NCBI GenBank assembly: GCA_964419615.1
Contig: CAYQPU010000003.1
Span: 8,054 to 72,053, forward strand
Direction of reading: 5' to 3'
Origin: an uncultured Methanosarcinales archaeon
GTDB taxonomy: Archaea > Nanobdellota > Nanobdellia > Woesearchaeales > JAGVZT01
Length of the DNA stretch: 64,000 bases
A program made the translations under genes and the position numbers. The stretch's first letter is position 1, and the number at the start of each line of letters is the position of its first letter. The notes under the pieces are model-generated. The model saw only the letters and a program-made list of their open reading frames with translations, was not told the DNA's origin and made no database searches. Below are positions 29,480 through 39,453 of the stretch, one piece after another.

Positions 29480-32275
29480 TTATTCAACCAATATTGCAGG
29501 CTTACCAGGCATTGCTTTTCTTGCTTTGCTTTCTTTTGATTTATCTGCATTAATTAGATCAATTGGACATTTGAAATCATCTTTAAAGAATTCAACACTC
29601 TCTCTAATTGCTTTAAACTCAATGTCTTGAGACAATACATTATCAATACCTTTCTTTAATGCATGTTGAATCATAGTAGTTACTTGCTTGCCATGTTTTT
29701 TAAATTCATCATCCTGCATAACTTTGCCCATAATCTCTTTCATATCTCTTGTTTGTTCAAGTAAGACTTTCAACTCACTAAACAATTTATACTTCCATTT
29801 CTCTGCAACAAACAATTGAATCTTTTTTGGCTTACTTACATTTGCTAATTTAAGAACAGCAAATATATCTTCTCTTGTTGACCTGATCATTTCTTCAGCA
29901 AGTTCTGCATTTGAATCAATCTTTGTCTCATCAAACTCAGGCCATGGTGCAACTGAAACTAATCCTTGCTTGCCAATCCTTTCCCAAGCTTCTTCTGCAA
30001 AAAATGGAATAAATGGCGCCAATAATAAAATCTGAGCCTCAATCACTTTATTCATCATATCTTTATTAGGCTCACCACATCTTCTTTGATACCATTTAAT
30101 TGCTCTTTGTAATTCAAAATAACTTATCTGCAATGCACTTCTAAAATTAGTTTTTTCCATTACATCTGTTGCTTGTTTAATAATTCTATTTAGTGTGGAT
30201 TCCATCCAAGTATCAATAGCTCTAACTTGATCTGTTCCTTTGTTATAGTTTTCAACACAAAACTCTAGCAACTTTCTAATCTTTGGTTTCATGCTTTTAG
30301 CAAGTTCAGTATCCCAATTAGCATCATCTAATCCTTCTCCTCCACTTAGTACTGTGAATCTTGAAGCATCTGGTCCAAACTCTTTGACCATGTTTCTCAT
30401 AGGTATAAAATTACCAAGAGACTTAGACATCTTATTACCATCAACAGTCACCCAACCATTAACACCAAATGAACCTGGCCAATTCTCTTTTTTGAAAATT
30501 GCAGTATGAATAAAAATACTAAACGTCAAATGATTTTGTATAAGATCTTTACCTGAATTTCTAAAATCCATAGGATACCAATAATCAAACTCAGCCTTCA
30601 TCTCATCCCAAACAGGATCCTTACAATCACCCTTTCCTAACAATACATAATCAAAAAGTTCATCAGTGACATCATCTGGATTTAACTTCTGCAGCTTATG
30701 AACTATAGTATAATAAGCCATGTAAATAGTACTATCTGACAAAGACTCAATTAACCATTTCTCATCCCATGGAAGTTTTGTACCTAGACCAGTCTCCCTT
30801 GTACAAGCCCATTCATGAAGCCAATCAATAACATGATTGAATTGCTGCCTAGATTTTTCAGGGTATAATTTCATCTGATCTAAGCATTCATGAGCAAGCT
30901 TTTTCCATTCAGGATTAGCATAATCAACAAACCATTGATCTGAAACAACATTTACAACAGCTTCTGTCAGGCACCTACATACAACCTTACCAGACAATTC
31001 ATAAAACATCACAGCTTCATTAGCTTCAATAAGGTGCTTTTTTAAGTAAACTAGAGCATCTTGAACAGTCATACCTGCACAAGCTCCACAATTATTTTTC
31101 ATAACACCTTTTCTAAACACTCTTTTGTTTAATTCACCTTTAGCTTCTTCAATTCTTTTCTTGTCATCAGGAGATTTTACTCCAAACTCATCTCCAATCT
31201 CTTTTCCTAAATTCTCACCCATTCCTGGAATATCAATTATGGAAATTGGTTTTAATTTGGCAATAACCTCTTCATCAAGATTATACTGTCTTATCAAATC
31301 CATATCATTATGAATCCTTTCAAGTTCATACAAATCAACAGGATCTTCAAGTGCAGAATAAACAATACCTGATCCAACATTTGCATCAATAAACCATGCT
31401 GGAACAATATATGTATCATAATCAACTAAAGGACCTCTTGTCCATTTCCCCATTAACTCTTTTGCATGAATTTCTCCAATCACTCCTGTTTTATCATACT
31501 GATCCTCAATCTTTTTTACAGCTTCAGGCCCAACAACCCATTTTTCATCCTTTACTTTAACAATCTTGTAGGTTGCATCAGGATCAATCCAAATATGAGT
31601 TTGACCATAAAATGCATCTGGCCTGGTTGTACCTGCCATTAAAATCAAATCAGAATCTTTTAGTCTGAATTTACCCCAAATAAAGTCTTGAGTAGTTTCT
31701 CCTTCTCCTTCTTTTCTTGCATGATCTCCTATTGCAGTTTCACACTTAGGACACCAAACAACCGGGAATTTTCCCTTTATAACATAATTTTTTTCTTTTA
31801 ATTTTCTAAATTGCCATCTGATAAATTTATCATAATGTGGATTCAAGCTCGTTGTATGAAATGATCTTCTCCAGTCAACACTCATACCCATTGATTTGTA
31901 ATCTTTTTCACATTCCGGTTCAAAAAATTCAATCCAAAATTCAGGTTTTTCAAATTTTGCTAACAAATCTCCTGTAATCCCCATATCTTTCATTATCTTG
32001 ATTTGCTTAGGTTCCTTGGCAATAACTCTTTCAGTTGCACTAATAATAGGACTACCTGTTGCATGCCAGGCTTGGGGAAACAAAACATTAAATCCCTTCA
32101 TTCGTTTATATCTAACAAAAGCCTCAGTTCTCATTAATGAATATAAATGACCAACATGAAGATAAGCATTGATATAAGGATAGGGAAAAGTTGCAAAGAA
32201 TTTAGGTCTATTGTTGTCTATTTCAGGCTCAAATATTTTGGCATCAGCCCATTTCTTAATCCATTTTTGTTCCAT
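29480..32275 (-). CDS. leuS: leucyl-tRNA synthetase, archaeal type
   Basis: PYPYINAYLHVGH, CP1 TTRPD, KMSKSLGN. Confidence 0.96.
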   Translation of the reverse strand: MEQKWIKKWADAKIFEPEIDNNRPKFFATFPYPYINAYLHVGHLYSLMRTEAFVRYKRMKGFNVLFPQAWHATGSPIISATERVIAKEPKQIKIMKDMGITGDLLAKFEKPEFWIEFFEPECEKDYKSMGMSVDWRRSFHTTSLNPHYDKFIRWQFRKLKEKNYVIKGKFPVVWCPKCETAIGDHARKEGEGETTQDFIWGKFRLKDSDLILMAGTTRPDAFYGQTHIWIDPDATYKIVKVKDEKWVVGPEAVKKIEDQYDKTGVIGEIHAKELMGKWTRGPLVDYDTYIVPAWFIDANVGSGIVYSALEDPVDLYELERIHNDMDLIRQYNLDEEVIAKLKPISIIDIPGMGENLGKEIGDEFGVKSPDDKKRIEEAKGELNKRVFRKGVMKNNCGACAGMTVQDALVYLKKHLIEANEAVMFYELSGKVVCRCLTEAVVNVVSDQWFVDYANPEWKKLAHECLDQMKLYPEKSRQQFNHVIDWLHEWACTRETGLGTKLPWDEKWLIESLSDSTIYMAYYTIVHKLQKLNPDDVTDELFDYVLLGKGDCKDPVWDEMKAEFDYWYPMDFRNSGKDLIQNHLTFSIFIHTAIFKKENWPGSFGVNGWVTVDGNKMSKSLGNFIPMRNMVKEFGPDASRFTVLSGGEGLDDANWDTELAKSMKPKIRKLLEFCVENYNKGTDQVRAIDTWMESTLNRIIKQATDVMEKTNFRSALQISYFELQRAIKWYQRRCGEPNKDMMNKVIEAQILLLAPFIPFFAEEAWERIGKQGLVSVAPWPEFDETKIDSNAELAEEMIRSTREDIFAVLKLANVSKPKKIQLFVAEKWKYKLFSELKVLLEQTRDMKEIMGKVMQDDEFKKHGKQVTTMIQHALKKGIDNVLSQDIEFKAIRESVEFFKDDFKCPIDLINADKSKESKARKAMPGKPAILVE

Positions 32276-32377
32276 TAGATTCACCTTGATTAGTTATGTT
32301 TTAAAGAAAAAAAGGTAGAACTACTTAAATATTTATTCCAGTAAAGGCTTTAATCTTTCAAAACTAGACTTCATATT

Positions 32378-32575
32378 CTAAACCTTTTTGAAATGAGCAG
32401 TTGTGTCAATCAAATCCACTTGTCCCAAAAACATTGCTCTACAGCAATATCTTTCTAAACCAAGGCTATCAAGCACTTTTTTCTTGTCTTCACAAGCTTC
32501 AGCCCGCTCTTTAAACTCTTCCCAAAGGTGGGCAATTGGTTTTCCACAACTCCAGCATCTTATTGGTATAATCAT
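32378..32575 (-). CDS. rpoN: RNA polymerase subunit Rpo10 (RpoN)
   Basis: [12 protein letters not shown]...RYCCR. Confidence 0.96.
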   Translation of the reverse strand: MIIPIRCWSCGKPIAHLWEEFKERAEACEDKKKVLDSLGLERYCCRAMFLGQVDLIDTTAHFKKV

Positions 32576-32628
32576 TTTCTTTAAGTATTATTTTTGGTAT
32601 TATTTGATATATATAAATATTTGCAGAA

Positions 32629-33024
32629 TCATCTGTAAGATTTCTGCCTCTTAGCCCTAGCTTTACTTCGGCCAGGTTTATTTACTTCTTTTCTTCGAAC
32701 ATCTGCAACTAACATATTTCTATCATAATCAAGGAACATTTTCTCAATTTTTTTATCTTTGGAAAAATCAACAATTCCTCTAGCAATAGCAAGTCTTACT
32801 GCATCTGCTTGAGAACTTTGTCCTCCTCCCATAACGTTTACATCAACATCTATTTTTGAACTAATACTTGGTATTAGCATCATAGGTTCTTTTATCTTTA
32901 ATCTTATATGTTCTGGTTGAATTGTCTCAAGAAGCTTTTTATTAATTCTTATTTTTCCAGTTCCTTTTCTAATAGTAGCTCTTGCTATAGCTTCCTTTCT
33001 TTTTCCTGATGCATGTGTACTCAT
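32629..33024 (-). CDS. rps9: ribosomal protein uS9
   Basis: GKRKEAIARA, GGG..SQA, C-terminal QKSYR. Confidence 0.96.
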   Translation of the reverse strand: MSTHASGKRKEAIARATIRKGTGKIRINKKLLETIQPEHIRLKIKEPMMLIPSISSKIDVDVNVMGGGQSSQADAVRLAIARGIVDFSKDKKIEKMFLDYDRNMLVADVRRKEVNKPGRSKARAKRQKSYR

Positions 33025-33440
33025 ACTTTACCACCTATTGCTCGGCATATTTGTTCAACTGTAACATATTTTAGTTTTTGAAGCTTAGACATGTCTGCAG
33101 CTTCAATTCTTTGAATTTTTTCTTTTTCAAATTCTTCAGGTAATCCAACATAACACCTAATTCTTTTATACGCATTACTTCCTCTTTGTCTTTTGTATGG
33201 AAGCATTCCTCTAATAGTTCTTCTAACAACCTTATCTGGTGTCCTTTGATAAAAAGGCCCGCTTGTTGGAATCCCTCTTGCTCTTCTTTCTTGGTAAATA
33301 GATAAAACTTGAGCCTTATTACCTGTAATAATTACCTTTTCGCAATTAACAACATCTACTCTTTCTCCCAAAAGTGCCATCTTTGCAACTTTTGCGCTCA
33401 GTCTTCCTAAGATCATATTACTTGCATCTATTACTACCAT
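33021..33440 (-). CDS. rpl13: ribosomal protein uL13
   Basis: IDASNMILGRL, VNCEK, RTIRGMLPYK. Confidence 0.95.
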   Translation of the reverse strand: MVVIDASNMILGRLSAKVAKMALLGERVDVVNCEKVIITGNKAQVLSIYQERRARGIPTSGPFYQRTPDKVVRRTIRGMLPYKRQRGSNAYKRIRCYVGLPEEFEKEKIQRIEAADMSKLQKLKYVTVEQICRAIGGKV

Positions 33441-33441
33441 T

Positions 33442-33792
33442 TTAACCAATAATCCTAACTTTTTTCCCCTTTATATTTGACTTCATAAGTTCATTAATGG
33501 ATATTGCTTTTGATTTGTTACTTAAAATCTTGCTTTTAGCTTCTTTTGAGAACCTCCAAGCAGCAACAGTTAATTTATGATTAAGATCTCCTGCACCAAG
33601 AACTTTTCCAGGTATAACAATAATCTCGCCTTCTTTTGTATATCTACTGATTTTTGATAAATTAACAATTCTTCTTTGTCTATTTGGCTTTTCTAAGTCA
33701 GAGGCAACCCTCTTCCAAATAGGTTGATTGTTCTTTATTGACTGGGTTTTTAATTCCCTGATCAGTTCCTGTAAGTTTATGTTTGATGTCAT
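33442..33792 (-). CDS. rpl18e: ribosomal protein eL18
   Basis: VNLSKI, PGKVLGAG, FSKEAKSKI. Confidence 0.95.
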   Translation of the reverse strand: MTSNINLQELIRELKTQSIKNNQPIWKRVASDLEKPNRQRRIVNLSKISRYTKEGEIIVIPGKVLGAGDLNHKLTVAAWRFSKEAKSKILSNKSKAISINELMKSNIKGKKVRIIG

Positions 33793-33801
33793 TTTTAATC
33801 A

Positions 33802-34036
33802 TGCGGGGGACGGGACTTTCAAGGACCTTTTAATAGCTTGAGTCATGGTCATCTTGTTTTTTGATACACCATGTTATGGGACTTTAAGTCCCATTGTTTT
33901 GGTCAAGCTTTTACCCTTGGGTAAAAGGTTGATTTGAACCCGCGTAGCCACTAAGGCCTACGGCCCTCGACCGTAGTCGTTTTATCTCAAACCAAGATTT
34001 TTTTGGTTTGAATTGACCAGGCTCCGACACCCCCGC
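33802..34036 (-). tRNA. tRNA-Leu(GAG) with introns at 21/22 (34012-33981, 32 nt) and 59/60 (33932-33816, 117 nt)
   Basis: spliced product GCGGGGG-TG-TCG-GAGCCTGGTCAAA-CGA-C-TACGG-TCGAGGG-CCGTA-variable arm-GCGGG-TTCAAAT-CCCGT-CCCCCGC-A; BHB-like motifs at both junctions; conserved position between rpoD and rpl18e. Confidence 0.9.
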
Positions 34037-34060
34037 TTAAATGTTTAAGCGTATTGGAAA

Positions 34061-34846
34061 TTACTTATTAAACTCTTTACCAAAAATGTTTAACTTTTCC
34101 TCGAGGTATTCTGAGGCTTTGATCATGATTTCTTTACCAGTTAATTGTCCCCAGGATTCAACAAAGAACACAAATTCATTAACATCTCTGTTTACTTTGA
34201 CTTCTCCTTTTGACACTTCTTCACATGCACCACAAAGATGGCAGTTCATCCTTTTTTTCTCATTTATTGCTAATTTTTTTGCTTTTTCTACAAAAACATC
34301 TTGTGGACAAATATCAACACATTCCAAGCATGTTGTTCCCTTTTTGGAAATTTTTATTTCTGGTAAATATTTGTAGTAAACAGAACCTGGATTCCATTTG
34401 CTATGGTTTTTTCCTTGACCAAGCATAGCAGTCATTTCTGCTTCAAAGCTTTGTCCTTTTAGTAATTTAGCAATTGGTGTTTTACCGTAAACAGGTTTTG
34501 CTTTTGGATCTTTACTTTTGATATCAGATGCATAAACTGTTTTTGGACCTTTCTCTTTAACAGTTAATTTTAATTGGCATTGAGCACAGCCAGTGCCTTT
34601 ACAAGGGCATTTTTCTGGTAGATTGTATGATTTTAAATCAGTCTTGATAGGAATTAATCCAAGTCGGTGAGCTACCACTTCATCATATAAAACTGAAGTG
34701 TTTTTCCTAAACTCAACTGTTTTAACAGCAAGTGTGGGTACTTCTTCAATTGCAGATCTTCTAAGAGCATTTGCAAAAGAAACTCTGCAACCCTTTAATA
34801 CAAATGAAAGCTTTTCTTTTTGTTTACCTAAAAGAGATATTTGCAT
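34061..34846 (-). CDS. rpoD: RNA polymerase subunit Rpo3 (RpoD) with Fe-S cluster domain
   Basis: FANALRR, LYDEVVAHRLGLIP, HSKWNP, ferredoxin-like CxxCxxxCP. Confidence 0.95.
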   Translation of the reverse strand: MQISLLGKQKEKLSFVLKGCRVSFANALRRSAIEEVPTLAVKTVEFRKNTSVLYDEVVAHRLGLIPIKTDLKSYNLPEKCPCKGTGCAQCQLKLTVKEKGPKTVYASDIKSKDPKAKPVYGKTPIAKLLKGQSFEAEMTAMLGQGKNHSKWNPGSVYYKYLPEIKISKKGTTCLECVDICPQDVFVEKAKKLAINEKKRMNCHLCGACEEVSKGEVKVNRDVNEFVFFVESWGQLTGKEIMIKASEYLEEKLNIFGKEFNK

Positions 34847-35244
34847 TATACTCTCCTCCCTCTTCGTCCACCTTTTTTTCTGCATCCATCATGTGCAACA
34901 GGTGTTACTTCCTGAATTGTTCCAATTTTAATACCTATTCTTGACAAAGCTCTAATCGCAGCTTGTGCTCCTGGTCCAGGATTATATGGTCCATTATGGC
35001 CCCCTGGAGCTTTAATCTTAACATGTAAACCTTGAATTCCTCTTTCAATAGCTGTTTCAGCAGCTTTTTTAGCTGCAGCCATAGCTGCTGTTGGAGAACT
35101 TTGAAGTCTATCTGCCTTAACAACCATGCCTCCAGAACATTTTGCAATAGTCTGTGTTCCAGTTACATCAGTAATATGAACAATTGTATTATTATATGAG
35201 GCATAAATGTGTGCTACTCCCCATCTCATTTTTCTATGTTTCAT
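34846..35244 (-). CDS. rps11: ribosomal protein uS11
   Basis: [35 protein letters not shown]. Confidence 0.97.
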   Translation of the reverse strand: MKHRKMRWGVAHIYASYNNTIVHITDVTGTQTIAKCSGGMVVKADRLQSSPTAAMAAAKKAAETAIERGIQGLHVKIKAPGGHNGPYNPGPGAQAAIRALSRIGIKIGTIQEVTPVAHDGCRKKGGRRGRRV

Positions 35245-35759
35245 TTTCCAATAGTTTTTTCCTCAGTAAGTGTTGCTGGAATTGTTGAATTAGCAACAAA
35301 ACTTATTGCATCCTCTTCATCTCTTTTAACAATGTAAGAGGGTAATGTTACTTTTTTTTCTCCAACCATAATATGACCGTGAACAATAAATTGTCTAGCT
35401 TGATTTACTGATTTTGCTAAATTTTTTCTAAAAACAAAAGTTTGAAGCCTTCTTTCAATAATATCTTTTGTAGTAAGACTAAGTACATCATCTAAGTCAG
35501 CTTCTTTTGGAAGTAAGCCAATTGAAAAGAGTCGAGTTAACATTTGCTCTTTTTCTTTAAGACCTTGTGAAGTAGTACTTGCAATAAGATTCTTTGCTTG
35601 TCTTGAAAAGCTCCTGATTTTAGAGGCCATTTTCCAAATCTCTTTTTTATTTTTAAGACCATACGATCTCATAAGTGCTTTTTCTTCTTCAATTCTAGCC
35701 TTTTGCCAAGGATGAATTGGAGTACTATACTTTTTTCTATGTTTTTTCGGATCTCCCAT
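35241..35759 (-). CDS. rps4: ribosomal protein uS4
   Basis: [32 protein letters not shown]. Confidence 0.96.
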   Translation of the reverse strand: MGDPKKHRKKYSTPIHPWQKARIEEEKALMRSYGLKNKKEIWKMASKIRSFSRQAKNLIASTTSQGLKEKEQMLTRLFSIGLLPKEADLDDVLSLTTKDIIERRLQTFVFRKNLAKSVNQARQFIVHGHIMVGEKKVTLPSYIVKRDEEDAISFVANSTIPATLTEEKTIGK

Positions 35760-35812
35760 TTTGTTAAACTCTCTGAGTTTTATGACTGAAAAAATGTAAT
35801 TCTTTAATTTTT

Positions 35813-36298
35813 TTAGACTCTACCAGACCTTGCACCTTTCTTACGCTTCACACCAATAACTCTTCCTTTATTTTTTCTAAAATTTGATCGCGTTCTTTGT
35901 CCTCGTGAAGGTAATCCCCATGCATGCCTGAACCCACGGTAGGCCCTTATCTTTTGTAATCTTTTAACATTATTATCCTTATTTAGTACTAAGTCTGTAC
36001 CAACAAGATGGATGTCTTCACCAGTTTCCATATTTTTTCTTTGGTTTAATATCCATGTAGGAATATCATATTTTAAAGGATTAGTAATAACATCATTAAT
36101 TTTCTTGATTTCTGATTCATTTAAATGTCCAGTTTTTTTGGTTTCATCAATTTTAGTCTTTGTGCAAATAATCTTTGCTAAAGAGTAATTTATACCTTTG
36201 ACCTTTCTTAGGGCAATAGCAACTGTTCTATTTCCATCTAAATCAGCGTTAGCAATTCTTACAATGTGTCTAAAATCTTCTTTGTTCATTTTACCCAT
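35813..36298 (-). CDS. rps13: ribosomal protein uS13
   Basis: VRIANADLDG, YRGFRHAWGLPSRGQRTRSN. Confidence 0.96.
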   Translation of the reverse strand: MGKMNKEDFRHIVRIANADLDGNRTVAIALRKVKGINYSLAKIICTKTKIDETKKTGHLNESEIKKINDVITNPLKYDIPTWILNQRKNMETGEDIHLVGTDLVLNKDNNVKRLQKIRAYRGFRHAWGLPSRGQRTRSNFRKNKGRVIGVKRKKGARSGRV

Positions 36299-36418
36299 AA
36301 TATATCATAGCCAGAATGTGTGAAACCCTAAACACGCTCACAATGAACTCGGGCTAATATATATCTATATATGGGAACAAGTGTTTGTATATAAAGGTTG
36401 CTGTTAAAAACAAAAAGA

Positions 36419-36865
36419 TCAATGCTTTTTCTTTAGCAAAGACAGTACATAAGGCAGCGCACACATTAATACATATATTACACCCGCAACAACAAATCCC
36501 ATGTTGTTTCCAGTTACTGTACTGTTAATAGTCTGGTAAAAAGATAATAGTAAAGCCATATTAATTATGGAAATTATGGGGATAAATAAAACCGCGAATA
36601 TGTGATGTTTTGGTTCCAAATGATCAATATCTCTAATTAAAAAGTTTAGGATTAGACCAAAAACAAGACCAATTGAACCTACAATAACATATAACTGAAT
36701 GTTCTGTATTATTTGTATAATTGGCAGCAAAATTAAAAAAATCAAAAAGTTGAGAACAACAATTACTAACAAAGCTAACCAGTAAACAACCTTGGCAGAA
36801 TTCTTTGCATATTTCGTATACTTATTCTTGTCATATTTTGTGTTAATCTTGAATGTTTTTTTCAT
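36419..36865 (-). CDS. 4-TM hypothetical membrane protein
   Basis: four hydrophobic segments. Confidence 0.65.
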   Translation of the reverse strand: MKKTFKINTKYDKNKYTKYAKNSAKVVYWLALLVIVVLNFLIFLILLPIIQIIQNIQLYVIVGSIGLVFGLILNFLIRDIDHLEPKHHIFAVLFIPIISIINMALLLSFYQTINSTVTGNNMGFVVAGVIYVLMCALPYVLSLLKKKH

Positions 36866-37372
36866 TTAAACCCTCTCAAAATCAATTTCAGCTTTTGATC
36901 TATTTAGCAGTTCTTTTATAGACTGTTCTTCTCCTTCAACCATTTTACATACAAGCTTGTAAAACACTTTTGATGTTTTAAAATAAGATGTTACAACATC
37001 AATAGTTATCTCAACAGGACCTTCCTTTAAAAATGCTGTCATAGTAACATGCCTTCTAAACTCTCTGCTTCGTTCAAAATTTGCTCTACTAAGATCTCTT
37101 AAATGATGATAAAAGTTAATAAACTCAATAATCTCTTTTTCTTTTTCATACTTTTCTCTCAATATCTTAGTCCTTAAACCTGGGCTTTTTGGGATATCTT
37201 CTTCATCTTTGTCTTCAGCTAATAAGACCAAAAAGCAAAAATCAAAGCAATTTATTAATCTATTAAGTACATTTTTTAGTACATCAACAGTTCGAGTGTA
37301 TTTAAGACTAACATGAATAAGGTGATCTACTCTTCTAAGTTCTCCGTTTGCATCATCTAAATATTCGTTCAT
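36866..37372 (-). CDS. conserved hypothetical helical protein (paralog of 37353-37847)
   Basis: A..ELRRVDHLIHVSLKY resembles A...LKIADHMLTMTYP of neighbour; shared F.R...M/F..A pattern. Confidence 0.6.
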   Translation of the reverse strand: MNEYLDDANGELRRVDHLIHVSLKYTRTVDVLKNVLNRLINCFDFCFLVLLAEDKDEEDIPKSPGLRTKILREKYEKEKEIIEFINFYHHLRDLSRANFERSREFRRHVTMTAFLKEGPVEITIDVVTSYFKTSKVFYKLVCKMVEGEEQSIKELLNRSKAEIDFERV

Positions 37373-37847
37373 TCTTACTCACTATATCCTCCATTTTTGC
37401 AATAAAAAGTTTTGTTTTTTTAATGTATTCTCTAATTTGCTCTACTGTAATTGTTTTTATCTTGTAACTTTCAGAGGCAATCACAAACTTATCCTTTCGG
37501 GTAAATTCCACAGGACTTTTTTTGTGCATAATAATGATATCTTTGATCTCTTTAATCATAGTCACGTATTCCATTTCAATTTTGTATTTTGGTACAACCT
37601 TTGCTCTGAACATATTAAATTTTGATTCAAATGTATCATGGAAAGGTGGAATTCTCTTAAAAAGTCTTTCATAGTGAAGTACAGAAGCAACAGAGTTAGT
37701 TAAAGATAAAAAGAGATTTTCAAGAACTGCTAACAATAATTTACTATCTTTAACTAGTGGGTAAGTCATGGTTAGCATATGATCTGCAATTTTTAAACGC
37801 TTTTGGGCATTATGTTTAGCAGTCTGGAACTTCTCCATATAGAACAT
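37353..37847 (-). CDS. conserved hypothetical helical protein
   Basis: intact ORF with tandem paralog. Confidence 0.6.
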   Translation of the reverse strand: MFYMEKFQTAKHNAQKRLKIADHMLTMTYPLVKDSKLLLAVLENLFLSLTNSVASVLHYERLFKRIPPFHDTFESKFNMFRAKVVPKYKIEMEYVTMIKEIKDIIIMHKKSPVEFTRKDKFVIASESYKIKTITVEQIREYIKKTKLFIAKMEDIVSKNERIFR

Positions 37848-37912
37848 TATTTGAAAATAACTTTTTAAACTTTCCTATTAAGTTGGTCTAATATGTTAAT
37901 TACTGAGTTGTT

Positions 37913-38851
37913 TTAAGGAATTTGCATAAAACTATGATCTAGTTTAACCTGTTGTTTTATAGGTCTTAGTTCACTGCAACCATAGATCTTTGCATAGTTT
38001 TTCCAGATGCCTGAGCAAATTTCGTTTTTTGAGCACATCTTGCATTGTGCACCTTTCTTTTTGTTTTTTGTTATTCTTTGTTTATAACTAGTTTTACCTC
38101 TAAGAATTATGTCTATATGATTATTTGGATTAGTCATTTTTTCAATTTCAGGAACATATTTTTCATATCCTATTAGATAGCATAAAGGCAGGCCACAGTC
38201 ACTTATTAAAAAGTCAATATTTTCCATGATACAGTATTTTATCATTTGCATCAAGTAGGGTTCAACTTCAGACATTTTTGGAATGATCCAAGTGTTATTG
38301 AGTGCACTAGCTGCAGGCATTACAAAACTGGTCTGTATTTTTGGAGGATTGCTGAATTCTTTTTTTAGCCATTTACAGAAATCAACTGCTTCTTTGTGAT
38401 TAGTAGAACAAAGCACGTGACTTATAAAAACAGGAAATTTTAAGTCTTGTAAATTATGTATAGCTTTGATGGTTTTTTTGAAAGTACCTGGTGCCTGGGT
38501 AAGAAAATCTGATACTTTTTCTTTGTGAGAGTGTAAAGAGACCAGTGCTTCATTAAGACCAGCATTAATTAAATTTTTACAGTACTCTTTGTCTGCAAGT
38601 TTCACACCATTTGTTAGTAAAGTTACCTGAATTTTTTTATTAGAGATAAACTCAATTAAACCTAGCAAATCTTCTCTTATAGTTGGTTCTCCTCCGCTAA
38701 GCAAAATGTTCTCTACATTCTGATTAGATAAATTTTTTAGTTTATCTTTTACTTGCAAAGTCGTCAGTGCTGGTTCAGTGCTATCTCTATTACAAAAAAA
38801 ACATTTTTGGTTACACTTTGTCTCAAAATTCAAACAAATTTGCTGGTTCAT
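37913..38851 (-). CDS. radical SAM protein with C-terminal Cys cluster
   Basis: CNQKCFFC, GGEPT, TNG, C-terminal CKMC.....CSG. Confidence 0.85.
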   Translation of the reverse strand: MNQQICLNFETKCNQKCFFCNRDSTEPALTTLQVKDKLKNLSNQNVENILLSGGEPTIREDLLGLIEFISNKKIQVTLLTNGVKLADKEYCKNLINAGLNEALVSLHSHKEKVSDFLTQAPGTFKKTIKAIHNLQDLKFPVFISHVLCSTNHKEAVDFCKWLKKEFSNPPKIQTSFVMPAASALNNTWIIPKMSEVEPYLMQMIKYCIMENIDFLISDCGLPLCYLIGYEKYVPEIEKMTNPNNHIDIILRGKTSYKQRITKNKKKGAQCKMCSKNEICSGIWKNYAKIYGCSELRPIKQQVKLDHSFMQIP

Positions 38852-38934
38852 ATTTTGTTAAATCTTTTTTCCACAATAATAAATATAATTAATCTAAATT
38901 TTTTTGAATTGTTTTTTATCAGTAAAAACCAAAG

Positions 38935-39267
38935 TCATTCCGAAAGCTCGAGTATTGCTTTTGCAAGATCTCCTTGGTTTTTTTCAAGGCTCTCTAGCGC
39001 TTTCTCTCTGTCAACACCTGATTTTTCCATCACTGTTATCACATCTTCTTCATCAATTTGGATGCTTGTTTCTTGTTCCGAAATATCTCCTGTTATTTGG
39101 AAAGTTTCTTGACCCATCATGTTAACTTTAACAACTTGAGGATTAGAAATAATAATCTCTTTTTCTTCAGAACTAATTACAACTCTTTTTGCTGGGACAT
39201 CTACCTGTTTGATTCCCATCTGTTTCATCATCTTTTTCATCTGTCTGGGATTCATGCCAGGCATCAT
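38935..39267 (-). CDS. nac: nascent polypeptide-associated complex protein
   Basis: MNPRQMKKMMKQMGI, MMGQETFQITG, C-terminal UBA-like GDLAKAI. Confidence 0.93.
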   Translation of the reverse strand: MMPGMNPRQMKKMMKQMGIKQVDVPAKRVVISSEEKEIIISNPQVVKVNMMGQETFQITGDISEQETSIQIDEEDVITVMEKSGVDREKALESLEKNQGDLAKAILELSE

Positions 39268-39434
39268 CCTAACCAACTCTTACCATATACTTGCAGAATA
39301 ATGATTAGAATAATTACAATAACACTTGCAATTATAACTAAACCTGGAGAAATTTCTATTTTGCTTTTGTATTCATCAAAGTATCTGGTCAATCCTCCCA
39401 TTGAGGAGGGCATTGTAATTTTGTTTTTTGCCAT
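39264..39434 (-). CDS. secG: preprotein translocase Sec61beta/SecG, 56 aa (not in ORF track)
   Basis: own translation MAKNKITMPSSMGGLTRYFDEYKSKIEISPGLVIIASVIVIILIIILQVYGKSWLG. Confidence 0.9.
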   Translation of the reverse strand: MAKNKITMPSSMGGLTRYFDEYKSKIEISPGLVIIASVIVIILIIILQVYGKSWLG

Positions 39435-39453
39435 TTTTCTTCACCATTAAAAA

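Noticed and set aside
25195-29480. att-site integration of the RHS region at the SRP RNA 3' end
   Set aside because: No convincing direct repeat at the leuS-side boundary and no integrase
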